Below, one piece after another: positions 38,066-46,449 of a DNA stretch of 46,449 nt. The translations under genes and the position numbers were made by a program. The notes beneath the pieces are model-generated. The model was not told where the DNA came from and did not search any database. It worked only from the letters and a program-made list of their open reading frames with translations. Numbering within the stretch: the stretch's first letter is position 1; each line of letters opens with the position of its first letter. The stretch comes from Phycisphaerales bacterium (GTDB lineage Bacteria > Planctomycetota > Phycisphaerae > WQYP01): assembly GCA_027366125.1 (NCBI GenBank), contig DAHXKZ010000379.1:1-46449 (forward strand), read 5' to 3'.

Positions 38066-38368
38066 AATTATTCTCGCGTCCGCCATTGAAGCGGAGCTTT
38101 TGGCCATCTGGGCGTTCATCGCGGAAGACAACGCGGAGGCGGCTGGTCGTTTCGTTGAAGCTGTTTATGAGACGTTTATGTTTTTGGCGGAGAATGCAAA
38201 AGTCGGCGAGCCTCGCGCGTTTCACGCACCAAAACTAAAAGGCGTCCGTTCATGGCCGGTTTCGCGTTTCAGAAATTATTTAATATTTTACCCCCCCCCT
38301 TCCGGACGGGTGTTCAAATTCTTCATGTGTGTCACGGGGCACGGGATGTCGAGAGACTGTTTGAATGA
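38052..38368 (+). pseudogene. parE: ParE/RelE-family toxin frameshifted in a C9 tract
   Basis: IWAFIAEDN..AA.RF, FRNYLIFY in frame. The conserved tail GVQILHVCHGARDVERLFE* lies in another frame after C9 at 38291-38299. Confidence 0.88.
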
Positions 38369-38386
38369 TGGCCGGCCCCCAGGATG

Positions 38387-38498
38387 CCGTGGTGACGCCA
38401 CGATCTTCTATTTAATACGCTGGAGTGTGTTCAACTGGGACGGCCTGCAGCGCGTGAAGTCGTCGCGGTGGTTCGAGCGTCTTAGTAACTATCAAATA
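38387..38498 (+). pseudogene. Internally deleted remnant of a paralog of the Tat-exported gene
   Basis: PW*RHDLLFNTLE (cf. PWQRYDLVFNTLE, 36647-36685) joined to VFNWDGLQRVKSSRWFERLSNYQI (cf. VFNWNGPQRVKSLRWFERLGNKQI, 37325-37396). Confidence 0.85.
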
Positions 38499-38542
38499 CC
38501 TCTCTGAACGACAATCATTCCGCCGCGCGCTTGCGGGCACGC

Positions 38543-39676
38543 CTATTTTGCTAGGAAACCGTGCCTCCGCAGTTCCGCGGTTAAGCGGTTGATGCGCGGA
38601 TTTCTTTCTTTTATTTTCAGCGCATACTGTTCGGCCAAACCCGATTGCTGCGTATTTGCAAGCGCGGAACGCAAATCCGCCAGCAACACGACGGCCGCAC
38701 GATACGCATCAATGTTTTTTTCTTTGATAAGTTGCTCCACCTTGGCGCAGGTTTCCGCGGGATTCGCGGCAATGCGGGCGAGATCTGCGGCACGCCGCCG
38801 CGCGGCCGTCTGGGCGTCTTTCCGAGCATGTTCGTTTCGAATTGTTTGTGCAAGAGCCTGGATTTCAGAAATGGTTCGGGTCGGGGGAACGGTGGGCCAA
38901 GTGGGGGCGGGACAGTGTTTTTGATATTCCGCGAGAATGTTGATTCTGATGGGTGCGTGTGGGTCTGCAACTAATTCAGAAAGCCAGGCGACTTTCGCGT
39001 CATCCGGCTGACTGCGCAGCCATTGGGCAAGGTGTTCGTGCGGCTGTGAATGTTTCGGCATGGGTGGAGACGTTTGGGCCGCTACCGCAATCATGGCGTC
39101 GTCCAGGCAGTACAATTCCGCCAGTGCGCGCTGGGCCCGCGTGAGCGCATCCAAACCTGCGGGCACGGGCGCCTCGCGCAGCGAATCGGGATCATGATTG
39201 CCGTCCGATGCGACAGCCAGGTGGGCCAAATATAATGGACGTAAATCGCCATTTATAATTTCCGCGCGGAGTGGAAGCAGGCGGTCAAGAAACCGGGCCG
39301 GGTCGTGTAAGTCATCCATTTCACCCGACTCAATACATGGGTCAATGACCAAAACGCCGCCGGGACCGTCGGGGTCTTTTACATATTCGGGCGAACCGTT
39401 GTTAAGATACGCGGCGGCCGTCGCGGAATTGGGCAGGCCGGCGGGAAGTCTGATCATCAGCGTGCGCTGGCCGAAATTCGCGAAGTGAAAGTGAAAATCA
39501 TAGCCCCGGCGTAACATCTCGGTCGCGTTTCCGTGAAAATCGCCGAAGTCATAGGTATTCTCAAAAGTCCATGGCGTGACTTTTGCCCGCGTGGATTGCC
39601 CCCGCATGAATTGAAGTTGGCTTTCGCTGACTGGGGCATCAATGGCTTGAAAAGCAATGTATTGATATTCACTCAT
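38543..39676 (-). CDS. Conserved hypothetical protein (MSEYQY family)
   Basis: MSEYQY..FQAID, YDFGDF, ANFGQR.LMIRLP, GDLRPLYL, PVPAGL; AAGGAAG RBS before ATG 39676. Confidence 0.85.
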   Translation of the reverse strand: MSEYQYIAFQAIDAPVSESQLQFMRGQSTRAKVTPWTFENTYDFGDFHGNATEMLRRGYDFHFHFANFGQRTLMIRLPAGLPNSATAAAYLNNGSPEYVKDPDGPGGVLVIDPCIESGEMDDLHDPARFLDRLLPLRAEIINGDLRPLYLAHLAVASDGNHDPDSLREAPVPAGLDALTRAQRALAELYCLDDAMIAVAAQTSPPMPKHSQPHEHLAQWLRSQPDDAKVAWLSELVADPHAPIRINILAEYQKHCPAPTWPTVPPTRTISEIQALAQTIRNEHARKDAQTAARRRAADLARIAANPAETCAKVEQLIKEKNIDAYRAAVVLLADLRSALANTQQSGLAEQYALKIKERNPRINRLTAELRRHGFLAK

Positions 39677-39937
39677 AAAATTTCTTCCTTTTGATTCTGC
39701 GTGTGCGGAGTATACGCTGCCGGGGCAGCAGCTTGTGGGGTTTCTGTTTTGAGGTTCCCTCATGCCGCGCCGACTGCAAAACATTAACTGCTGGACGGTG
39801 TTTTTGAAATGCTGAAGATCGGCCGGATCGGGTGGGCGCCGGTTGGCGCATGCGCGCACGCGTTCGCCGCTGATGGACGATCAGCGGACCCGGCCAATTG
39901 GATTTTGGTGCGACTGCGACTGGCGCGGCTGTGAAGG

Positions 39938-39967
39938 TTGGGCTAACGGCTGGAGTACCGTTATAAT
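39938..39967 (+). promoter_or_regulatory. vapBC promoter with overlapping inverted repeat
   Basis: TTGGGC-N18-TATAAT; TAACGG-N8-CCGTTA (39944-39963) overlaps the -10 box. Confidence 0.5.
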
Positions 39968-40041
39968 TCAACGTCCACCTGAAGCGGAGCCGTGCGCTGT
40001 GGAATAAAAAAGCGGCCCGGATTGGATTGAAAGGCGATGCC

Positions 40042-40377
40042 ATGAAAACAATTCCTGTGGAGCATCTCAACGAACAATTGGCCAAGGCGCTGGAACAGCA
40101 GGACGAACACGAGGCGATCGGACTGACCAAGGACGCCGGAACGGTGGGGTGGCTGCTGCGGGTGCCTGAGGCGATGAGGGACACGGAGGCGCAAGGCGTA
40201 TTTTGCGGCGAGAGCCCGGGCGGCGGCGTTGTTTTCATCGTGCATGCCAGGCACGTCATGCGTGAACGACCTGGCGCCGACTTAAGGAGTCCGGTTTTCG
40301 GGGCGGGCCGCGGCAGTATGACAATCGTCAGTGATGATGAAGAACATCTCGAAGACTTTCGCGAGTATATGGAATGA
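40042..40377 (+). CDS. Antitoxin (VapB/DUF2281-like C-terminus)
   Basis: FGAGRG..SDDEEHLEDFREYM tail; ATGA overlap with the PIN toxin. Confidence 0.8.
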   Translation: MKTIPVEHLNEQLAKALEQQDEHEAIGLTKDAGTVGWLLRVPEAMRDTEAQGVFCGESPGGGVVFIVHARHVMRERPGADLRSPVFGAGRGSMTIVSDDEEHLEDFREYME

Positions 40378-40778
40378 AGCTGCTGCTAGACACGCACGCG
40401 TGGCTTTGGTTCCACCTTGGCGACAATAAATTGAGCCCGGCGGCAAAGGAAAATATCCTTGATCCGGCGAACGCCAAATTCGTCAGCCCAGCCTCATTCT
40501 GGGAGATTTCAATAAAGATCAGCCTCGGGAAGTATGCGCTGAATATACCGTATGCCCAGTTCATGAACGATTCCATTGCGGGTCATGGCTTCCAGATACT
40601 AGAACTCGCGCCGCGCCATACGGAACTACTCTCAACATTGCCCTTTCTCACCATTGGCGGCAATCCGCATCGTGATCCCTTCGATCGGCTCCTGATTTCC
40701 CAAGCACTAATTGATGGGATGGAGATCGTTACCAAGGACGAGAAATTTTCAGCTTACGCGGTTTCGACGATCTGGTGA
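40374..40778 (+). CDS. vapC: VapC PIN-domain toxin
   Basis: LLLDTH, SPASFWEISIK, HRDPFDRLLISQA, TKD. Confidence 0.95.
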   Translation: MKLLLDTHAWLWFHLGDNKLSPAAKENILDPANAKFVSPASFWEISIKISLGKYALNIPYAQFMNDSIAGHGFQILELAPRHTELLSTLPFLTIGGNPHRDPFDRLLISQALIDGMEIVTKDEKFSAYAVSTIW

Positions 40779-40861
40779 TTGCGTACGCATCGGTTAAACC
40801 AATTCCGTCGGCCGCGCGATCCCGTTGTCTCGGTGACCGCCGCATTCATTTTACCCGCTGG

Positions 40862-40890
40862 TTGAACGCCTGCGCCCGCACCTTTACAAT
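40862..40890 (+). promoter_or_regulatory. Sigma70 promoter for sdhCA
   Basis: TTGAAC-N17-TACAAT. Confidence 0.55.
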
Positions 40891-41011
40891 CAGCGGCGTT
40901 GCCAAATGGTGAAAATGTGGTTCGGCGTGCTTTCCCGCGGGAAGCCGGGCTGCACGGTCCAGCGTTCGCCCGCGGACTGCATCGCCGTGGCGTTCTTTAA
41001 GAAAGGTTGCC

Positions 41012-41977
41012 GTGACTACCGTTGCCGTGGCACGAAGTCCCGAAGGTCACAATGATCTTGCCGGGTATTACAAACCAGCCGGGCGTCGGCATTTTTGGCT
41101 GCGCCGGCTGCACAGCCTCACCGGCCTGTTTTTCGGTGGTTTTATATGTTTCCATCTGCTGGTAAACGCTTACGGCATGTCGCCGGTGGCCTATCAGCAG
41201 GATGTGAATAAAATTCACAGTTTACAGCCGAACCTGGCCCTGATTGAAATAAGTTGCATTTTTTTGCCGCTGTTGATTCACGCCCTTTATGGGATATACA
41301 TCACCAAGGCGGGGGTGAAGTTTAACACCACTGAATACAATTATGGCGGCAATGTTCGCTACACGCTGCAGCGCGTGACGGGCATTATTTTGCTGGCATT
41401 TATCGCCTACCATCTGGCCACCATGCACCGCTGGGGGCTGGGCCTGGTGTACCGCATCACCGGCTGGCCGGCGCTTTCGGCCTTCCCATTGTTTCACACC
41501 AAAGACGCTTATGCACGCACCGTGCGGGCGATTAAAACACCGTATTCGCCCAACCCATGGTTCTGGGGCAATGTGCTGGTGATGGCCTTTTATTTGTTGG
41601 GAATATGGTCGGCAACGTTTCATTTTGCCAATGGCCTGTGGACCAGCGCCATCGCTTGGGGACTTACCGTGACGGAACGGGCCCAAAAAAATTGGGGCCA
41701 TGTCTGTCTGACCGTGGGCATTATTGTAACAATCATTGGCACGATTGCCTGGTGGGCGTTTACCGTGAACGGCAACCCGAATTATCAACCGCCGAACATG
41801 GCGGCAACCGCCCCCAGCGCGGTGGTTCTGTTGCCGCCGAGCTCCCAAAGATGGCGGTCGGCGAAAACGATGCATCGTCCGGCGCCCCGGCTGCGGGGAA
41901 CGGGCATGATCGGCCTGCCGCCGCCGACGAACACGAGCGGGGGCGGCAACATCGGCGGGCGCATCGCCACCCATTAA
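41012..41977 (+). CDS. sdhC: Succinate dehydrogenase cytochrome b558 subunit (single-anchor, Bacillus type)
   Basis: LRRLHSLTG, FHL, HALYG, LQRVTG, FHFANGLW. Confidence 0.92.
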   Translation: MTTVAVARSPEGHNDLAGYYKPAGRRHFWLRRLHSLTGLFFGGFICFHLLVNAYGMSPVAYQQDVNKIHSLQPNLALIEISCIFLPLLIHALYGIYITKAGVKFNTTEYNYGGNVRYTLQRVTGIILLAFIAYHLATMHRWGLGLVYRITGWPALSAFPLFHTKDAYARTVRAIKTPYSPNPWFWGNVLVMAFYLLGIWSATFHFANGLWTSAIAWGLTVTERAQKNWGHVCLTVGIIVTIIGTIAWWAFTVNGNPNYQPPNMAATAPSAVVLLPPSSQRWRSAKTMHRPAPRLRGTGMIGLPPPTNTSGGGNIGGRIATH

Positions 41978-42046
41978 AACACAAAGACAGAAATTGATTA
42001 TTAGCGCCGCCGGCGTATGCGGGTCAGGCGGTAAAAAGAGGAATGA

Positions 42047-44008
42047 ATGGAAACCAAACGTGTTATTGTTGTCGGCGGAGGGCTGGCCGGGTTGGCCACG
42101 GCCATGAAGCTGGCCGAGGAAAATATTCCCGTTGATTTATTCAGCCTGGTGCCGGTGAAGCGGTCGCACAGCGTGTGCGCGCAGGGCGGCATTAATGCGT
42201 GCAATGAAGTGGCGCGACAGCAGGGATATAGCGAATGGGAGCATTTTGAAGAAACGGTGTTGGGTGGAGATTTTCTTGCCAATCAACCGCCGGTGCTGGA
42301 AATGGCCCGGATGGCGCCGCAAATTATCGATCTGCTGGACCGCATGGGCGTGCCGTTTAACCGCACCGCGGAGGGCAAGCGAGATCTGCGGCTGTTCGGC
42401 GGGTCGCTGTATCGGCGCACATTTTATGCCGGGGCCACCACCGGCCAGCAGCTTTTGTACGCCCTGGATGAACAGGTGCGCCGATGGGAAACGCAGGGCA
42501 GAATAACAAAATATGAATTTTGGGATTTTCTGCAGCCGGTGCTTGATGATAGCGGTCGTTGCGTGGGCATTGTGGCGCAAGACATGCGCACGATGCAAAT
42601 CCGCGCCTTCCGTGGCGATGCCGTGGTGATGGCCAGCGGCGGCAACGGGCTGATCTTTGGCCAATCCACCATGAGCGTCATCTGCAGCGGTTCGGCCGCC
42701 ACGCGTTGTTACGAAGCGGGGGCGCGGCTGGGCAACCCGGAATTTGTTCAGGTACATCCCACGGCAATTCCGGGCGAAGACAAATGTCGGCTGATGAGCG
42801 AATCCGCCCGCGGCGAAGGCGGCCGCATCTGGGTGCCTAAGAAGAAAGGGGACGCGCGGCATCCTAACAGTATTCCCGAAGACCAACGCGATTACTTCTT
42901 GGAACGCTTGTATCCCAAATACAAAAACATTGTGCCGCGGGACATCGCCACACGCGAAATTTATTATGCCTGCGAACAGGGCTACGGCCTGGGCAATGGA
43001 CAGATGGTTTACCTGGACTTGACTGAAAAGGCCACCGGCATACCCTACGCCACGTTGAAAAAGAAGCTGGGCGGCATTCTGGAAATTTATGAAAAATTTG
43101 TGGGCGTGGACCCGCTGCTGGAGCCCATGCGCATCTATCCGGCGGTGCATTATTCCATGGGCGGCCTGTGGGTGGACTTTGTTAAAGATCAAAAAACCGG
43201 GGGTCTGGAAAAGGGGAACCCCCGCAACCAGATGACCAACATCAAAGGCCTTTATGCCGCGGGCGAGGCGGACTATCAGTACCACGGCGCCAACCGCCTG
43301 GGGGCCAACAGCCTGCTGTCGTGCATCTTCACGGGGCTGTTTTTGGGGCCGTGTATTAATAATTATATGGGCGGGGCGGCCCCGGTGGCGGACCAGCCGC
43401 AGGCGCTGTATCAGGCGGGCGTGGCGCGACAGGAACAAAGCATGAGAAAACTGCTGACCAGCAAGGGTGACCAGAACCCGTACCTGATGCAACGGGAATT
43501 GGGCCGTTCCATGAGTGATAACGTAACAATTATTCGCATTGACAAACGCATGAAAGAAACGCTGGCGCTCGTTGAAGAGTTAAAAGAACGGTATCGCACC
43601 CGCCTGGAACTTACCGACACGGGCATGTGGAGCAACCAAACGCTGACCTTCGCGCGCAATCTTTGGGACATGCTCCTGCTTTCAGAGGCCGTCACCATGG
43701 CGGCGATTGCCCGGCAGGAATCGCGCGGCGCCCACTTTAAGATTCCTGATGAAAAGGCCGGTCACATAGAAATTCCCCTGGACGTGCGGGCCTTGACGCG
43801 CGACGATGAAAATTGGCTGAAAAGCACGCTGGTAACTTATCAAAACGGGCGGGCGACCCTTTCTTATGAACCGGTTGACATCAGTCTGGTGACGCCCCGC
43901 GCCCGCACGTATGGCAAAACCGCGCCGCCCGCGGGGCAGTCTGCGCCCGTGGCCGCCCCGCAGTCGCCCGCAAGCGCGTCGCCCGCCGCTGTGCCGGCGG
44001 GGCATTAA
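42047..44008 (+). CDS. sdhA: Succinate dehydrogenase flavoprotein subunit
   Basis: GGGLAG, RSHSVCAQGGIN, QVHPT, SESARGEGG, HYSMGG, HGANRLGANSL, ESRGAH. Confidence 0.97.
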   Translation: METKRVIVVGGGLAGLATAMKLAEENIPVDLFSLVPVKRSHSVCAQGGINACNEVARQQGYSEWEHFEETVLGGDFLANQPPVLEMARMAPQIIDLLDRMGVPFNRTAEGKRDLRLFGGSLYRRTFYAGATTGQQLLYALDEQVRRWETQGRITKYEFWDFLQPVLDDSGRCVGIVAQDMRTMQIRAFRGDAVVMASGGNGLIFGQSTMSVICSGSAATRCYEAGARLGNPEFVQVHPTAIPGEDKCRLMSESARGEGGRIWVPKKKGDARHPNSIPEDQRDYFLERLYPKYKNIVPRDIATREIYYACEQGYGLGNGQMVYLDLTEKATGIPYATLKKKLGGILEIYEKFVGVDPLLEPMRIYPAVHYSMGGLWVDFVKDQKTGGLEKGNPRNQMTNIKGLYAAGEADYQYHGANRLGANSLLSCIFTGLFLGPCINNYMGGAAPVADQPQALYQAGVARQEQSMRKLLTSKGDQNPYLMQRELGRSMSDNVTIIRIDKRMKETLALVEELKERYRTRLELTDTGMWSNQTLTFARNLWDMLLLSEAVTMAAIARQESRGAHFKIPDEKAGHIEIPLDVRALTRDDENWLKSTLVTYQNGRATLSYEPVDISLVTPRARTYGKTAPPAGQSAPVAAPQSPASASPAAVPAGH

Positions 44009-44010
44009 GC

Positions 44011-44520
44011 ATGGAAAACCAGGCCGTATTGCCGGAGTTTTTTCGCCGCGATGACGCCTTCGTGGTGCCCCGCCGTCCCACGCGTCTGGGCGTGTTCCGG
44101 GTGGTGTTTGCGTTCTGCATACTCTTGGCGGCGGTGGCGTATACGCTGGTGGGCGTCTTCCGGCCGGGATGGTTTGGGGCGGCCAATCCCCACATGTTTT
44201 ATTTGGTTGGCCCGGCGTTGATCGGCGCCGCTTCGCTGCACGCGTATTTGGTGGGAACCGCGGTCCGCCGTCCGGTGGCGCTGATTCGGCCGCAGCAAAT
44301 CTCATTGCCCACGCGGCGCATCAAGCAAAAACAGGTCAAGCAGATTTATATTGATCGCGCCGCCGGCGCCGCGGTGGACCACAAACCCGCGCTCCTGGCG
44401 GAAGTGGAGCATCGCGGAGAGACTTACACGCTGGCGATCATTCCCCCGGGGTACGTCCAATACGCGGGCCTGCGCGACATATTAAAGGGTATCAAAAAAT
44501 GGTATCCGGTGACGTTATAG
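44011..44520 (+). CDS. Hypothetical 2-TM protein
   Basis: Starts 2 nt after the sdhA stop; two TM helices then a basic soluble domain; no Fe-S Cys motifs. Confidence 0.7.
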   Translation: MENQAVLPEFFRRDDAFVVPRRPTRLGVFRVVFAFCILLAAVAYTLVGVFRPGWFGAANPHMFYLVGPALIGAASLHAYLVGTAVRRPVALIRPQQISLPTRRIKQKQVKQIYIDRAAGAAVDHKPALLAEVEHRGETYTLAIIPPGYVQYAGLRDILKGIKKWYPVTL

Positions 44521-44619
44521 AAGCGGCGGCCGCGTCTGTCGCAGCCGAGCCGACGGAGCAAAGGCGGCCGGCAGGATATGACCGGCGGAGAAAGTTTTCG
44601 CATCCACCGGCCGCTCCGG

Positions 44620-45057
44620 TTACTGCCCCAACTTCTGAATAGTCTCCTGCGGCGCCCCCATCGCGCTAATCTTCACGCCGAAATTTTCACCTACTTTTAC
44701 CGCCACGCCCTTGCCGATGGTCTTGTTGTTGGCCAGCAAATCCAATTCATCGTCTGCCGATTTGGTAAATTCGATAATTGCGCCAGTGCTTAACCGCATC
44801 ACCTCTGAAAGCTTTAGGCGCCGATAGGCCAGTTGCACGATCACCGGCACCTCAATGGATAAAATGCGGCGAAGGTCATTGTCGGCCCCATGTTCGGACG
44901 GCGCAGATTCTGCCGAACGGCCGGCTTCTGACGCTAATTCGGGGCCTTCAGTGGCTGTATGGCGCGGCGAGGATGCTAAATGGTCAGCGATGCCCGCAGT
45001 CGTCTGCGACTTCGACTCGATCTGAATCGTCGAAACCTGGGCCAAATTTTCTGCCAT
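44620..45057 (-). CDS. FliM/FliN C-terminal (SpoA) domain protein
   Basis: RILSIEVPVIVQL..LSTGAIIEF..LANNKTIGKG.AVKVGENFGVKI. Confidence 0.88.
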   Translation of the reverse strand: MAENLAQVSTIQIESKSQTTAGIADHLASSPRHTATEGPELASEAGRSAESAPSEHGADNDLRRILSIEVPVIVQLAYRRLKLSEVMRLSTGAIIEFTKSADDELDLLANNKTIGKGVAVKVGENFGVKISAMGAPQETIQKLGQ

Positions 45058-45323
45058 TCGGACGCCTTCACCGCGTTCATGTTTATGAACATGAGAACCA
45101 AAAACTGAGCGTTTAACGCGTTTGCCGTGGATTTTATCGGCTCATTGTCGCCCGGCATGCAATGAAATCTGCGCGTCGCGCTTGCTTTTGGCCAAAATGC
45201 CATTACCTGCCTCAAGACAGCCGTATCCTATTGTCGATACACAACATACACGGATTGTCATGCATGGTTCGCCGCGATTAGTTTCCTGCGGAATCGTGAC
45301 TGACTGGCGTCGGGAGGCAAGCT

Positions 45324-46226
45324 TTGGCCAACGATTCGTCCGCTTTAATTGATATCGGCAGCATAGAGCAGGCCATAGGCGCCCTGCAGGAACGCATCGA
45401 TCAGCTTCAGGCGAATTTAAATCAACAGCAGAAACTCGCCAGTCTGGGCATGGTTACGGCCGTGATCGCTCACGAATTTAACAATATCCTCACGCCCATG
45501 ATTAGTTATACCCGTTACGCACTTACGGATAAAGCCGATGAAGCGCTCCGGATGAAGGCCTTGAGCAAGGCCTTGGCCGCCGCGGAACGGGCCGCCACCA
45601 TCTCCAATTCACTGTTGGGTTTTGCGCGGGGCGATTGCGGGGGCTCCGCGGACGTAAAGACCGTGGTGGAAGAAACCCTGCAGTGCCTGGCGCGGGATCC
45701 CGGCCGCGATGGCATCACGCTGGAGGTAAAAGTCGCCCCGGGACTTTCGGCGGCCATCAGCCCCGGGCACCTTCAGCAGGTATTGATGAACCTGGTGATC
45801 AATGCGCGCGCGGCGCTGATCAACCATATCCGCGGCCTGCGAAGATTAACAATTTTAGCGCGGGCCAACCCCGAGGCCGGCACGGTGGTCATAGAAGTGC
45901 AGGACACGGGTCCGGGTATTCCGCCGGAAGTTCTGCCCCATATCTTTGAGCCGTTTTATTCTACCAAACAAAAAAACGCGGAGACCCAGGCCCGCGACGC
46001 CGCCGCGCCGGCGCCCGCTCCGGCAGCGCCCCCGACGGCCGCCAATATTTTTGATGATCCAGTTCCGCGCGGCGGCACGGGCTTGGGACTCACGATCTGC
46101 CGCGACCTGATCGTCGCCGCCGGCGGCGTGTTAAAAGTGCGCTCAACGCTCGGTCGCGGGGCAACGTTCACCCTGGAACTGCCCGCCGCCCTGGCCGAAA
46201 ACCCCGGCAGCAGTCAGGCGGCGTGA
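45324..46226 (+). CDS. Cytoplasmic histidine kinase (NtrB-like) lacking a sensor domain
   Basis: H-box IAHEFNNIL, N-box NLVINA, DTGPGI, FEPFYSTK, GTGLGL; GGGAGG RBS before TTG. Confidence 0.92.
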   Translation: MANDSSALIDIGSIEQAIGALQERIDQLQANLNQQQKLASLGMVTAVIAHEFNNILTPMISYTRYALTDKADEALRMKALSKALAAAERAATISNSLLGFARGDCGGSADVKTVVEETLQCLARDPGRDGITLEVKVAPGLSAAISPGHLQQVLMNLVINARAALINHIRGLRRLTILARANPEAGTVVIEVQDTGPGIPPEVLPHIFEPFYSTKQKNAETQARDAAAPAPAPAAPPTAANIFDDPVPRGGTGLGLTICRDLIVAAGGVLKVRSTLGRGATFTLELPAALAENPGSSQAA

Positions 46227-46386
46227 CGTCAGCGAGGCCCGTGTTGGGGGTCGGTTCTGATGATTGGGAACGGTGGGGCGAAAGCACGGATCCGGCGCCC
46301 GCCAGCGGCACGTCGGCGGCCGGGGCGGAAACGTGCGCATACGAACGCGCAGGGTATCAAAAATTTCAAACCCGTGACCAGAACTG

Positions 46387-46436
46387 TTAGCCGCCCGCGC
46401 CGGCCCATCGGGCCGCGACGGGCGCGTGGCGGCTAA
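46387..46436. repeat. GC-rich stem-loop (REP-like element or terminator)
   Basis: TTAGCCGCCCGCGCC...GGCGCGTGGCGGCTAA with an inner GGCCC-ATC-GGGCC hairpin. Confidence 0.55.
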
Positions 46437-46449
46437 TCAGGGCATGAAA

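Noticed and set aside
38052-38507. 151-aa ParE as listed in the ORF track
   Set aside because: The tail after the C9 tract is out of frame and runs into a paralog remnant; the natural stop is at 38368.
40891-41011. Possible riboswitch in the ~115-nt sdhC leader
   Set aside because: Only a small hairpin (GCTTTCCCGCGGGAAGC) and no recognisable aptamer consensus.
1-46449. tRNA, rRNA, integrase or prophage genes
   Set aside because: No T-loop/cloverleaf, rRNA signature or recombinase motifs were seen by eye; tRNAscan or cmscan would be needed to exclude them formally.

Overview
GC-rich bacterial chromosome segment, most consistent with a Planctomycetota (Phycisphaerae-like) organism and probably an acidophile. 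Both points are inferences from gene families and from the basic, Asp-poor composition of exported domains. In order, the window holds: the end of a four-helix-bundle gene, a lipoprotein, frr, a His/Met-rich lipoprotein, and a fluoride riboswitch with crcB. Next comes a 7-gene respiratory operon (caa3-type cytochrome c oxidase, CtaG, Rieske, cytochrome b-c fusion), then three pseudopilins divergent from a GT39/ArnT-like glycosyltransferase, clpX and a DUF6785-like membrane protein. A repeat-rich gap with a probable ISAzo13-type remnant precedes mutS, trxA, three small exported proteins and a ketosynthase. These are followed by capD-like, lspA, a one-Cys DksA, a flavin amine oxidase, pyrF, an SDR and a Tat-exported glycosidase-like protein. 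A toxin-antitoxin hotspot follows (ParDE with a poly-C frameshift, VapBC, gene-fragment duplications), then sdhC-sdhA without sdhB, a FliN/FliM-domain gene and a sensor-less histidine kinase. No rRNA, tRNA or CRISPR array was seen. I found no unambiguous new system. The best leads are the apparent coordinated loss of the oxidase Mg/Mn site, the His/Met-repeat lipoprotein, the TA hotspot, and the trxA-small protein-ketosynthase cluster. All family calls are by motif recognition; no searches were run.
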